A DNA stretch of 64,000 nucleotides from Vicugna vicugna (Eukaryota). How positions within the stretch are numbered: position 1 is the stretch's first letter; every line of letters starts with the position of its first letter. Below, in pieces: positions 13,790-26,400 of the stretch. The notes under the pieces are model-generated. The model saw nothing but the letters and a program-made list of their open reading frames with translations, did not search any database and was not told the DNA's origin. A program made the position numbers and the translations under genes. Where the stretch lies: NCBI GenBank assembly GCA_013265495.1, contig MU058824.1, positions 1,391,111 to 1,455,110 of the forward strand, written 5' to 3'.

Positions 13790-14321
13790 TAATAAACCTA
13801 GGTTATCTCAAAAGTCTAAAGGAATCAATATAATGTTCCCAGTGTCCACCTGTCTACACTGAGAAAACTCTAACCCAATACTTGAGGTATTATCAGTTTA
13901 TGCGAAGTACATTACATGAGTCTAATTTCCACCCAGGAAAACATAGGAATCCCTGCAAATATCAAAATAAAATAGTTACCTTTTTGCTAGGGGGAACAAA
14001 AAAGAAATGACAGTAGACTATATATCTTGATAGAAAAATAGTTAAAGGTTTTAATTCTCTGAATACCAAGAGTTAACATTTTATGACTACCCTCTGAAAA
14101 CAGGGCATTTGGCAACAATTTTAAAGTTTTCAAAATCACTACAAAGCTTATTCACATTTTTACTAAATCCAACATCATTTTCACAAATCACAGAATGATT
14201 TTCTGATCAAAGAAAGAGCAGCCAAGTTTTTAGTGGGTCTGCCACTGTACTAAGTCTCTGTTAAACACAGAGTCCTGGGGGCCCCCATCTCCTCTGACAG
14301 GCTCCGTGGTACAGTGACACT

Positions 14322-14462
14322 TCATACCATGCGTTCTTTGAAGAACCATTTCTGATGTTCCGAGTTGGTGCAGTCTCGTAAGAGTGGTACAAAATTGTCA
14401 CTCAACTCCTTCCTCTCGGCCTGAACACATTTCTTCGACTGTACGTGAAATAATGAACCATC
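14322..14462 (-). CDS. GALNT12: GALNT12 exon 10, coding part with stop codon
   Basis: [57 protein letters not shown] (14322-14324). Confidence 0.95.
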   Translation of the reverse strand, partial: DGSLFHVQSKKCVQAERKELSDNFVPLLRDCTNSEHQKWFFKERMV

Positions 14463-17400
14463 CTACAAAAGATAATAGACACTCGACATTCAAGAGAATT
14501 ACAAGCAATTCCTCAGAAAGGAGAAAGGATGTTTTCCTTAAGTGCTCAGGGTGATTTTTATCCTTTCAGAAATATTTATTGAGCAGTCAGTGCTTTCAGG
14601 GACGAAAGCAACCCAGGACTGTCTGTGCAGAGAAAGGGTCGGGCATGCACAGACTTGCCACGCCTGCCTCTGCGGGAGCTCTTCACTGGGGTCCTCGACT
14701 CCGCCGTCAGGACCGACGGTGCCACCTGCTGGCTGTTCTTGGGATCTGTCAGATCTTATATCTCACCCTCAACTGACATCCTTTCCTTGAGGAAAATCAG
14801 GACCAAAGATCCTGTATTAATCTCTTCCACTTCCCTTAGGCCAACTAATTCCTTCCTGAGGGTCTCTTTCTCCCATGTATTTAAATGGAGAATCAGCAAA
14901 TTTTGATTTAGTCCCAGTTAAGCCACAGACCAGCTGGGTGAGGACAAGGTAACCAGAGAGGAAGCAAGTTCTGCAGACCGTGCCAATCCCCAAACCCCAA
15001 AGGACAAAGACCATCTCTAACACATCCCCCGTCTCTTCTTTTCACCAACTGCTGCTGAGTTAATTCAGCATGTCTCTCCCCAAGTTCTGGAGTTTATTCT
15101 TTCCCTCCACCTCTCCCTGTTGTAAGCTGTACGCCCTCAGGGCACTTCACCATGGCTGAGCAGCAAAAAGGCAAAGCAAGTGACATCCCTGTTCCAGGGA
15201 AAGAGAACTCTTGGAAATAAAATTAGATGCAGAAGAATCTCAGTAACATTAACCTGGAAAGGCTTTAAAAGTGCTCACAAATTGCCTGTAGAATAATGTG
15301 AAAGTAAATAATTAAATAAAGCACCCCACCTCCCACGCTTCTAAAGAAACTTCCTTAAATGGTCACTGAAATTTAAGATTTTTTAAGATAAGATTTTAAT
15401 GACGTTTCAAACCAATTTCATGATTCCTATCTTGTATTACTATTCCCTGATGGCTTACAACAGCTTCAAGTTGGAAGAAAGAAGGGGAGAGAAGGGCGTT
15501 ACAAAGGATCACAAACTGTTGGGGTTCACAGAAGCATTTTTCCCTATTTTTTTTATATCAAATAGGCAGTACTATGATGTCTGACTTTTCCAGGTAACCT
15601 GCAAATTTCATTGCTAATCATAACATTTTCTACAAGAAAGCATATTCCAACTTCTAATCATACTTAGAATGAATCCATTTCTAAGTAGTATAGATGAATC
15701 TTTCCATCCCTGGGGCCAGACTGGGAATGAAAGCTTCCCATGGCGCTAAAAGTGAACTAATTCTTTCTTTTGAGTTATTTTCTTTGGATTTATTCCCTCA
15801 AGCGCTTTTTAGTGAGTCACGGGCTATGACTGATGTATGAGTTGCATCATGGGCTGATGGCAAAATGTGGTGGGGTTAGTGCCTTTTGGGCCTGAAATAA
15901 CACCCAGTTCCAAATCAACAGTGACTCTTCCGACGGAGCGCCAACTCCATCAGAGAGATATTTTCCTGGTTGCTGTACCACAAGTAAAAACTAATCTCTG
16001 TAGAGCTTTACACCTTCCAAAGACTATTTCTGGCCATACTTGTACTCCTCACTAGAGGTAGACAAGGCTGAGATCATTGTTCCCACTTCAGAGCTGGGAA
16101 AAATGAGGCTGAGGCAACGGGAGTGGCTCATACTTGGATCTAACCTCATGTCCTTACACGTGGCTATCTGTTTCCCTTGTTTGAACCCCATGTGATCTCC
16201 AAATGCTTTGGGGACAGCTCCTCTTCCCATTCCAGCCAGCTGCAGCTCAAAGTGTGAGGGGGACAGGGAGGCTGAAAGGGAGTGGACAGTGAGGAAAGAA
16301 GAAAATTGGTGCTGGATGCCACAGGACCTCAGTAGGACTGCCACCCCTCGGGTTCACTGTGAAGTTCCTGGTCTCTGCTAGGGACTGCATCCCTGAGACT
16401 TGCCAGGGACTCGCTTTACTTCCACACCCCCCTCTGCAGCCTGAGGGACCAGGACCAACAGCAAGAAAGGCATGAGGTCGCCTGATTACCTCCTGCAGGA
16501 TGAACTTCTGATCCTCTGGGGTGGCCTCCTCACAGAGATGCATGATGAGGACATCCGATCCTGCTTCCACACTCACGCAGCCCTCTGGCTGGTGGGTGTT
16601 ATAGCGTATTTCATTCTGGGACGTGTACTCGAAAAACTAGAAATGGAGCAGCCAAGACACACCAGTTACCCTCTGATGTGCAAAGAGGGAAATCTTTAGA
16701 AAGAGGGGTAAGAATCTGGGTCAGCAGGGCCTGGGTGCTGGAGTCCAGCCCTCTCCTCTCACCCACCGACACCATGTGTGTCCCTGCAGCACCCAGTGCA
16801 CCTCTGGCGGGGTGCTTAGCAAGTGCGAATGGAAGCGCCCTTTCTCATGCCCTCCTCATTTGCTAGATGGTGAGGGCAGGGCTGGTGCCTGGTCACCCCA
16901 CACCCTCTGTGCCTATCCCTGGGCTGGGGCAGAAGGGTGGTAAAGAAGATGGACTGGTCCCAGCACCAGCACTTGAAGGCTCTCTGTGACCTTGGCCAGC
17001 TACTTTCTTCAGTCCCTTCCTCTTCCTCCTCTCCAAATATCATAGATGCAACCATGCCTGGGAGACTGTAAGGTGCTGTGCACAGCAAGCAACAGGACTG
17101 CTAATGGGGGGGCTTGTTTTTCAGAGCAATGTTTTTCCCACCATAGTGTGTCTAGGGAAATGCTGATTCTGGGCCCCGCTCCCAGAGAGAGGAGGAGGAT
17201 TCCTTTTGTCTGAGATGGCGCCCAGGAAGCTGTACTTTTACACTTCTAACAAGACATGCAGCCACCATCCACCCTACCCTACCCTGTTGCTTCCTGAGAT
17301 TCTGGCACAGGTGGCTGTTCTGAAGGCACGTGGAGCAGTGCTTCTCAAACGAACCTCCCTGAAAGGGGGCCAAGACAAGAGATGGGTTCGCAAGGGATTC

Positions 17401-20400
17401 AGGTGGGTCTGAGAACCTGGACTTCTAAGCTCTCAGGTGATGCTGATAGTACCAGTGGGGGCACCTCTGAGGAGCACTGTTCTAAAAGGGGCTGAAGAAC
17501 CCGAAAATTTTAACGTTGTAGGGGTCCGAATTATGAAAGTTTACTGTTGACCATAATGGGGTGTAATATTCAAACGGAAATGGGGTGACTCCAGGTTGGA
17601 GGAAAACTTGAATCCCCAACCCTCGTCTCCAGTGTCTGACACCTCTTAAGACGGTAAGGCTTTGAAGGTCCAGAACTAACGCTTTGCTCTCTCCTGCATC
17701 CTCCACTGGCCCCTGCTTCCCTGGACTGGGGTCCTATTCCGGTCCTCAGATCTTCCAGGTCTTACTCCCCTGCCCAGCCTGTGGTTCAACACTTAATCCA
17801 GACAGACCGCTCTGGGGCCCAATTGAGGCAACTGCCCTAAAAACCACTTTGCAGTGTGGCATGACACGTCGAATCCTGTAATTCCACTGAAGTATTAATT
17901 AAGTCAGCTGAAATGCACATCTGATGCTTTTTCCTTCTTTTTTTTTTTCTCAGCCAAGATATTAGTGACAGGGTTATTTATAATCACAAAAACAGGGAGG
18001 CAGAGAGTCAGTTACTCTGCAGTAATTAATATAGCCACACAAAGGAATATCAAGAGGCCATTAGGAATGATATTCTCAGAGGATGTCTAACAACACTAGA
18101 AAAGTATAAGTGATGGAAATAATGGGATATAAAACATATAGATATTATAACAACTATTTAAAATACATAATCCCCAGGTCAGGCACAAAAAAGATGGGAA
18201 GTAAATATATCTTTTTTTTGACATTTGCCATATTTTCTTTCTCTCATTCTGTGTAAGTAGATAAATGCATGTATATGTAAATAAAAGTGTATATAAACAT
18301 ATATGAACCTCTCTCTCCCCATTTTCTCTGTGTATATATATGTATACATATGTTCATATAATTACATACATACACACACTGAGTGAGAGATAAAGCAGGT
18401 GTATGTGTATATATGTCACTGTTTTATCTTTTATTACATACGTATGTGTGTGTGTATATATATAATTTTCCCCCCTAGGAACAATTATAGAAAGTTGCAG
18501 GAAGCACAGCATCTCTAAATACTACAGTGTGCAGCATTTAAGACCACATTCTTTTATGTAACCACAACAGTATAATGAATGACATTCAAGAAATTTAACA
18601 GCGAAATAACAATATTATCTAATATACAGTCCATGTCCAAATTTCCAAATTGCCCCCAAACGTGCTTTATAGTTGTGCATGTGTAGTTTCCCCAGACCAG
18701 GATTCACTGATGTTTTGCATTTGATTGTCCTCTTTAATCTTTATTCTAAGACCATTACCCTGCGAGAAGTAAATATGTCTTAATTATAATGGTGGTTGCT
18801 CTGGGTCCTGTCACTCACTACTTGTTCCACTTTTTATATTTCCCAAATGTTTTGTGATGAGTATATATTACCTCTATAATAAAAAAATCACATATTAAAT
18901 ATTTTTAAAACGCATAGATTTTTCTCCTCATCTCCCTCCTTAGAGGCCCACATCACTGATTCCTTGAGCACAGAGCCTCCCGCTGTCCATGGTCCCACAG
19001 CCTGAGAACAAGCTGTTAAAGCAGTAGCACCCACCTGGTTCTGACCCATCCCGTGACAGTGGTACAGAATGACCTGGTGTCCTGTGATCTGGTGTTCATT
19101 GGGAGGGTTATAATCAAAGCAGTAATCTTTCAGTCCTTTGTTCTGGAGCTAAACAAAACACAAAGGTGGCATTTTGGTCCATGTTTATACACAACAGATT
19201 CCACCCAAGGCTGTGAGGTGGGTAAATGGAGTGAGAGGAGTGCCTGCCTCAAGAGCTGGACTCAGTGCTAAGAGTCCCTTCTGTTTCTGATTTTTAAAGT
19301 GTTTTCCTATTCTATACCTTAGGCAGGAATCACAACCCTCATTTTAAGATGAGAAACCTGAGGAGCAGAGAGATGAACTCTTCATGGCCTGAGAGCTCAC
19401 ACTGCTTCATGTCTAATTAGTGCAGCTATATTGCTGCACTAGTCTAAACATAGCTGGGTTGTCACCTCGCATATGTACCAAGGAGCTCCTGCTATTATGC
19501 ACCTGCAAAGGACACCCCAAATGCGAGACTAGGCATATCTCAGATCAGAAGGCCACCATTGCAGATTACAGGAACAGTGTAATACAGAGCCAATGATCTG
19601 CACACAGATGAGTGGAGATACTTGAGTCTTGAATCCAGGACCTCAGAATCCAAGTCCAGTGCTCTCTCCATCACTCAACATTGCCTAACCTAATGTTATC
19701 TCTAAGATACTTTTGGATCTAAATCCCCTTAATCAGTCTAAGAGCAAAAAACCATGGGAGGTTCCATGCTTCTTCCTCCCTTCCAGGAGCCTCCAGAAAA
19801 AAGACTACAGCATCTTCCAAATCCCTTTCTGAAGAGTTTAAAGAACCCTCAATAGCTTCTCCAGAACCCTAGTCCTGCCCTGGCCCTTGTCTACCTTTGA
19901 CTAGCCTGGTTCTGAGGATAAGACTCAGCCATATAGAAAGAAGGGATCCACAATCCACTAGCTCATAAAACACAGACCTCTGTGTTCTTGAGGTCCCTTT
20001 GCTTTGTGAAGGAACCTGGGAACAGGAGATGTGAATAATTAGAGCATCTTAGATTTAGAAGGACTCAAATGTCATTAAGCCAAGTGGTACCCGCTCCTGA
20101 TCACCAAAGGACCTTGACCTCAAATGAGCTCCCTATTTTCAAAAGATTTTGTCTACCAAAGAAAATGCAAAAATATTAAAAAAGAAAGAAAAAAAGAAAA
20201 AAGGGAGAACTCCCTAAAGATTAAAACTGAGATTAATCAAGATAACTATATTAAGTTGATGATAAACATATAGAAAAGAATAATTTTGAATGACTTTAGA
20301 GCAGAGTATATTTGAGTACACGTCCCTAGTGAAACACAGTCTATAAATAAATAGAGCTGTAAGAAGTCAAAATTCATTCAGTATCAGACTGTCAGTGGTA

Positions 20401-23400
20401 ATACTGTATTATTATTTGGAAACTATTTAAAATATATTTTAAAATAAAACAAGTAATTAGGTTAGTATTTTTAGAAACCAAGATTTTCAGTGCAAGAAAA
20501 AATATAATATCAAAGAAGAAAAAATCCTATAAAATTACATTTGAATTTGAAGTATCAATAAGAGCTCATGATTTACTTCTCAATAATATGTATTCCCTTC
20601 TCTGCCCACTGAGAAAGTGTAGAGCTGCGCCAGCCCACATGGTACTCACTGGCCACATGTGGCTACTGGGCACCTGAAATGTGACCAGTCCAAACTGAGA
20701 TTTCAAGACTTAGTATGAAGAAAAGAATGTATAAAATCTCAGTAAATTAATTTTTATATCAACTTGCATGTTGGAGTGATCATATTTGGGATATGTGAGG
20801 CTAAATAAAATATAATATCAACTTCACCTGTTTCTTTTTTCAATATGGCTACTAAAATTTTTAAATTACACATGTAGCTGGCATTATAGTTTCTGAGACA
20901 AAGACCAGCACTAGCATCCAGAGTGAGGACTCTGAATACTAACCCTCACTAAAACGATCAAGGCTTCTGAGAGGAACGGCAGCAAGTGTGCAAGATAAGT
21001 GTGGCCAGAGTCAAGGAAACAATCAAAGCTGCTACCATGGCGTCAAGATCACAGAAGCCTAAATAGATTCCTACTTGTCAAAGACAGGACAAATTGAAAG
21101 ACCAAATTGGACGTGTAAAAACCCAGTGACCTACAATGATACTCAAAAGAAAAAGCCAAAAAGCAAATGAGCCAACAGACACAAATACAACCCAGAAGAA
21201 ACTAAAGTACCAACTCCTGCTCGGCAAGTAGTCAAATAAAGAGAAAGACTTAAGAAACTGTTATGTCGCTTCTGAAGGAACTCTAAATTTCATGGATACC
21301 AAACTGTCCTAGTTAACAAGGGAATATTCTCCCTTGTAGAAGAATCCCAGCTAATAAATGCAGAAGAAAGGAAAGAACTAGAAAAACCACTGTTTGGCAA
21401 CGCCACTGGAAATAACGGATCTAGATAATGATTACTAATGGCTACTTAAAACGTTAGCTGGAAGACTGAAGTGGCACCTGCTAGTGGGTGGTCCAGGTGA
21501 CGCCCCACGCACCCACTGATCAATCTCATCACTCGAGGCAGGATGACCAGAGGTTATGTACTCCCGCAACCACGCAATGTGAGTACAAATCACACTTGTG
21601 AAGTGTTCTTGCCAAAAAGCTTAATTCCAACTCCAATCAAAACTTTAGACCTCGTTTTTATTTTAAAGAAATATAGGGGTAAGAGGCATGATTTAAAAGA
21701 TGCCACAAGGAAACAATTAGACAGTTCCAAGGGTGAGACACTCAACAGTGCAACTGATGCTGTTTTTCAACAAGTTAAAGGCACTAACAAAGGGGGTGGG
21801 GGCATGGAAGAAGATTGCCTTGAATCAAGAGACTATATTTCAAAAAAAAAAAAAGAGAGAGAGACTTAGGAGAAAAGACATGGTAACCAAATGTAATGTG
21901 CAGACCTTGTTTGGATCCCAGTTGGAACTAGCCAAATACAAGAGAAATTTGAGAAATTGGGGGAATCCAATTGGTTGGATATTAAATGACACCAAGAAAT
22001 TATTGTTCATTTGATTAGGTGTGATAATGGCCTGTGGTTTTGTAAGAATGTCCATACAGAGATGCACGCTGGGTGAAGAGGAATGAAATGACGTGATGCT
22101 TGGGGTTTGCTGGAAAAAAGAAACTGTGGGAGGGTGGGGCAGAGGAGAGAGAAATCAAGAGAGGCAAAATCCTGCTAATTCCAGAATCTTGGGGACAGAG
22201 TTCACTATATCACTCTCTCTGTGTTTCTCTGTTTTGTTTTTGTAAAGAAAACTGAAATTAGCATGTTAATACCGTGCTTTGTATTTATCAAGACTTCCAG
22301 AATGGAACACCAGCTCTTCTGATGAATACAACACAGCAGAGGAGGCCTCCCTAGGTTGGTGGAGTTCCAAGCAAAAGCCAAAGGCATTGGACATTTTCAT
22401 TGACCTCATCCCAGAAACATTTCTTTTAGGTTTTTTGAAATAACAGAAATGACTCTCCCTCCCCACTATGGCTCTTGTGGACCCCTGACTTGGCAACTGG
22501 TAACTGGTCCAGCCATTGACGCTTGAAGTAATTGGATAAGGAACAAGTGAAAAATAGGACATGGAAACATCAAGTGAGCCTCAGTTTCCATCTGTAAAAT
22601 ATTTCAGGAGGCTGCACTTGCCAATTTTGAGGTGCTTTCAGTGCTGACATTCTGCATCTAAGGCCAAGATACTCAAGGGGAGAAGGAAGGACAGTGGATA
22701 AAGAGGGGGGAGAGCGTGTAGGAGAGGCCAGCAGTTCCCATGAAGGGCGCCTTTCTTGGCCAGGGTTCATCAATCAGACAGGGAAGCCAAGAGCAGGGGC
22801 CCGCCTCGCTCACCATCCCAAAGAAGCCAGGCCTGTCCTCAGGCACATGCAGTTCTGGATACACGGTCTCCAAGAACCATTTGAAGTCCTTACACTGGAG
22901 CTTTGCACGGAGCTGCTTCCTCTCTGTCACGTCCCCAAAGGGTTCCTGAGAAAAACGACAAAACAGTGAGCTTCAGCAGGTCACAGTGCTTCCTATCAAA
23001 TCCTTTCTCTCCACTGATGCTCACTAACTCTTTAAGCTTTTATGGAGCACCTGTTGTGTGCAGGACCCTGCACAGGGCACAGAGAACAAGAAATGGCCTC
23101 AGACATAGCTGTTGCACCCTAGCAGGAGAGACTGTTGCACAAACAACGACACTCCCAGGTGCTCAGGTACAGGGAGGAGCAGCCAGGTACACGAGGGAGG
23201 CAGGTACACGAGGGAGGGACACAAAGCACCTACCAATGGAATCAGGGAGCCAAGTCCTGGGGCTGCACTAGCATCCCTCGTCCCGGGCATCACCAATGAG
23301 CATGCGATCCCAGATCATTAGCACATCAGTAGCACACGTATGCCATGACGTTCTGATTTACCATGGACACTTGAACACTCACTTTCAAACACAGGTTGGT

Positions 23401-26400
23401 ATTCTAGAGGAAATCATGCATGCAAACCTTCTCATGTGCTCGGTCTATTGCAGTCTAAATACATACTTCTGATGGTAAGAGCAAAACGCAGCGATAATAA
23501 ATACTTGTGGAAGTTTAGTTTTATGGACAGAACCAATGATTAAGATCGTTCGAATACCCAAATAAAGCAAGTTTCTATTTAGCACAGCAAACGTGCAGCC
23601 ACAAGAGAAGTGCTGAGTGCAGAGATATGACTGTCCCTGCACAAGGATGTTAAACTATTAACATTTGACAAGTTAAATATTTGACAAAATGGAAAAGATA
23701 AGGAAAAATGTTTGAATAAAATTTCAGATTTCTGCTTATTTCCCAGAAGTTCATTCTCTGATGAGGGTCATGTGCCCTCATCTTCAACCAAATATCCATC
23801 TCGACACTTGGCCCTTGGGTTGGGACAAAAGATGCAGGCAGTGCCCCTCTAATGGCATTATTCTTTGGGAACCCTCAGGAAGAGGGAACCGTGGGTTCCA
23901 GACTGTATAACAGGGAAGAGCAGATGTTCCTACCCTACAGGGTGGGCAAGACAGAGCAAGCAGTGACTCTGGATTCCAGAGGCAGAGAGACGCCCAGGGG
24001 GAGGTCAGGGTAATGGTCCACAGGGCTCTACAAAGCAGAGAGAGATGCACTGGACTGGACCCAGTTCCACCTGCATCAGCCATGCAGCCTTAAGCAAGCT
24101 CCTTAAACACCCTCTCTTTGAGCTCCAGTTTTCTTATCTATAAAGTGAAAATTTCAGAGCTACCTTGATGGGTTGCTGTAAGGATTCACAAGAAGAGATT
24201 TCCATCAAGTGGCTGGGAAGGAGGTCTTGGAGCAGACCTTCTTGTCTTGCCAAGCAGCGCCTTAGTTATGTGAACATAGGGTAAGTGGGAACCTTGTCCT
24301 GGGGCGTGTGGAGCTGATGTATACAGAGTTTGTGCACCTGTTTGCTAAAACTTATTTGTAACCCAAAAATCAATACTTGCGGTGTCTTCACACTTTCACA
24401 GTGATCCACGGACAAGCAGCACACAGAGACAAAAAACTTGGGTCACTCTCCATGCATATTTGCACCTTTGGTCATGTCTCAGCTCTAGTCCTGAGAACAA
24501 GTGCTCTGTTCATGGTCTATTTAGTTCCACATTTTTCAGATTGTTCTACTCTTTGTCAGTGATTTCACAGTTTAAAATGGCCCACAAGCATAGTGCTGAG
24601 GTGCTGTCCAGTATTCCTAGTGCAAGAAGGCTGTGCTGTGCCTCATGGAGAAACAGGTTCATTAGATGAGCTTTGGGCACGAGTTACACAGTGTTGTTGA
24701 CCGTGCATTCTATGCAATCAATCAACAATACATACTAGATAAGCTATTTAAAGAGAAACACACATAAAATCAAGTCATGTATTGACTGGTTGACAAAACA
24801 TGTCCCCCTGTGAGAAGTTTGCAGGAATCCAACCGTGTATTTCCACCAAGAGCAACGGCTCAGTAGTCAGTCCTGAACTCTGTGTCTGCGGTGACTGTAG
24901 AGAGCATAACTACTGTGAATAATGAGTGTCAACCGTCTGTTGTTACGATGATACAGGAAGGGATAAAGTTTTACCATGCTTGTATCACGAGCACCCGATT
25001 TCCTCTCTATTTCTGGAACCGGGTCTATCTACCCCGGGAGGGAGGCCAGAAATAGCTGCTTTTGTTTGGATGCAGCCAGATGGAGTGTAGGTGGGCCGGG
25101 GACTCACCAAGCGGGCGTGGGGGTTGCGATGGTAGTAGAGCTCTTTGAATTCATCCATCCACACTTCAGCTGCGCGGACACTGTTGGCCAGAGCCTTGTT
25201 GCGGGAGTAGGGAGCTTGCCTCGGGAAAACGTGGCCTACGTGCGAACACGGGTGCGTCTCCAGGGTGCCTCCGCACTGCCAGATCTGCATACAGAGCCAG
25301 GAGGAGGCCGGGGTGGGAGGTGGTGAGCGGGAAGTGAGCTGCTGGTCCCCAGTGCCTGCACCAGGAGGCTGGGCACACGGAGGTCGTGGTGAACACTGCC
25401 AAGACCTCACCCTCCCTGGGGCAGGCAGCCACTTTTCAGCACACTCGGGACACAGGATGCAGTCAAAGAGCAAGAAAGCAGCCCCAAAGACAAATAAGCC
25501 ATCGGAACCCAGACCCCAAAGTCCACGCACTAAGGCTCATGCACTTGACTCCTAGGAGCACCCACAGTGGACCTCACTGGGAACGCATTGACTCACTACA
25601 TAAAACACAGGCTGATTACCTGGTCTCCTAGCCACAGAAGATAGGAAAGCAGCAAGTAAGAAGAGAGGTTTGGAAGGGGGAAAGGAAGAGCTTCTAGAGG
25701 CAGGCAGAGCAGCCTGACACCTAGGGAAGAGGCAGAAAGACCATTAAGAGTACATCCTCAAACTCAACAGGTGGAGTAGTCTGGAGCCTTTCCATGCTGG
25801 GCAAACGGCTGTGAACACCCCACTGTCCCCTGGATGTACGACCAAGGACAGCATCCAGTGCTTATAATGGGGGAGGTGGGGAGTCCTCAGTGGAGAGCCA
25901 AATTCTTGTTTATTAACTCTTTTTAAGTGGGAAACCATATAAAATATTCTTAAATTTTCTATTTAAAAGCACAAACATCAACACGCGGTTTTGATAATTA
26001 AAATGCAAGATTCAGTTAACTAGAAAACCAATCAAAATGCTAGGAGTTTCTCAAAGGGACATCTGTGGATCACATACAACAGAATCAATAGATGGGCTTC
26101 TTATAAAAGACAGATTGTCGGTCCCTGCTGTAAATTTGTCAAATCTGCCTTTCCAGAGACCATGCCTATCAATCTTCTTTTTAAACAAGTTTTCCTAACA
26201 ATTCTTGTATGTGTTAAAGTTTGAAAGTCACTATGCCAAATAAAGAGGCTACTTTATTAAGCTATCAAGCAAATCAAGGCTCCAAAATACCAGCTCAAGA
26301 GGCAGGGCCTTGTGTTTTAGTCCAGTCTCTGCTACGTACTCTTTGAGCACCCTTGAGCCAGTCACCTCCTCTGTACGGCCTCTGTCCCTCCCCTCTGTGT

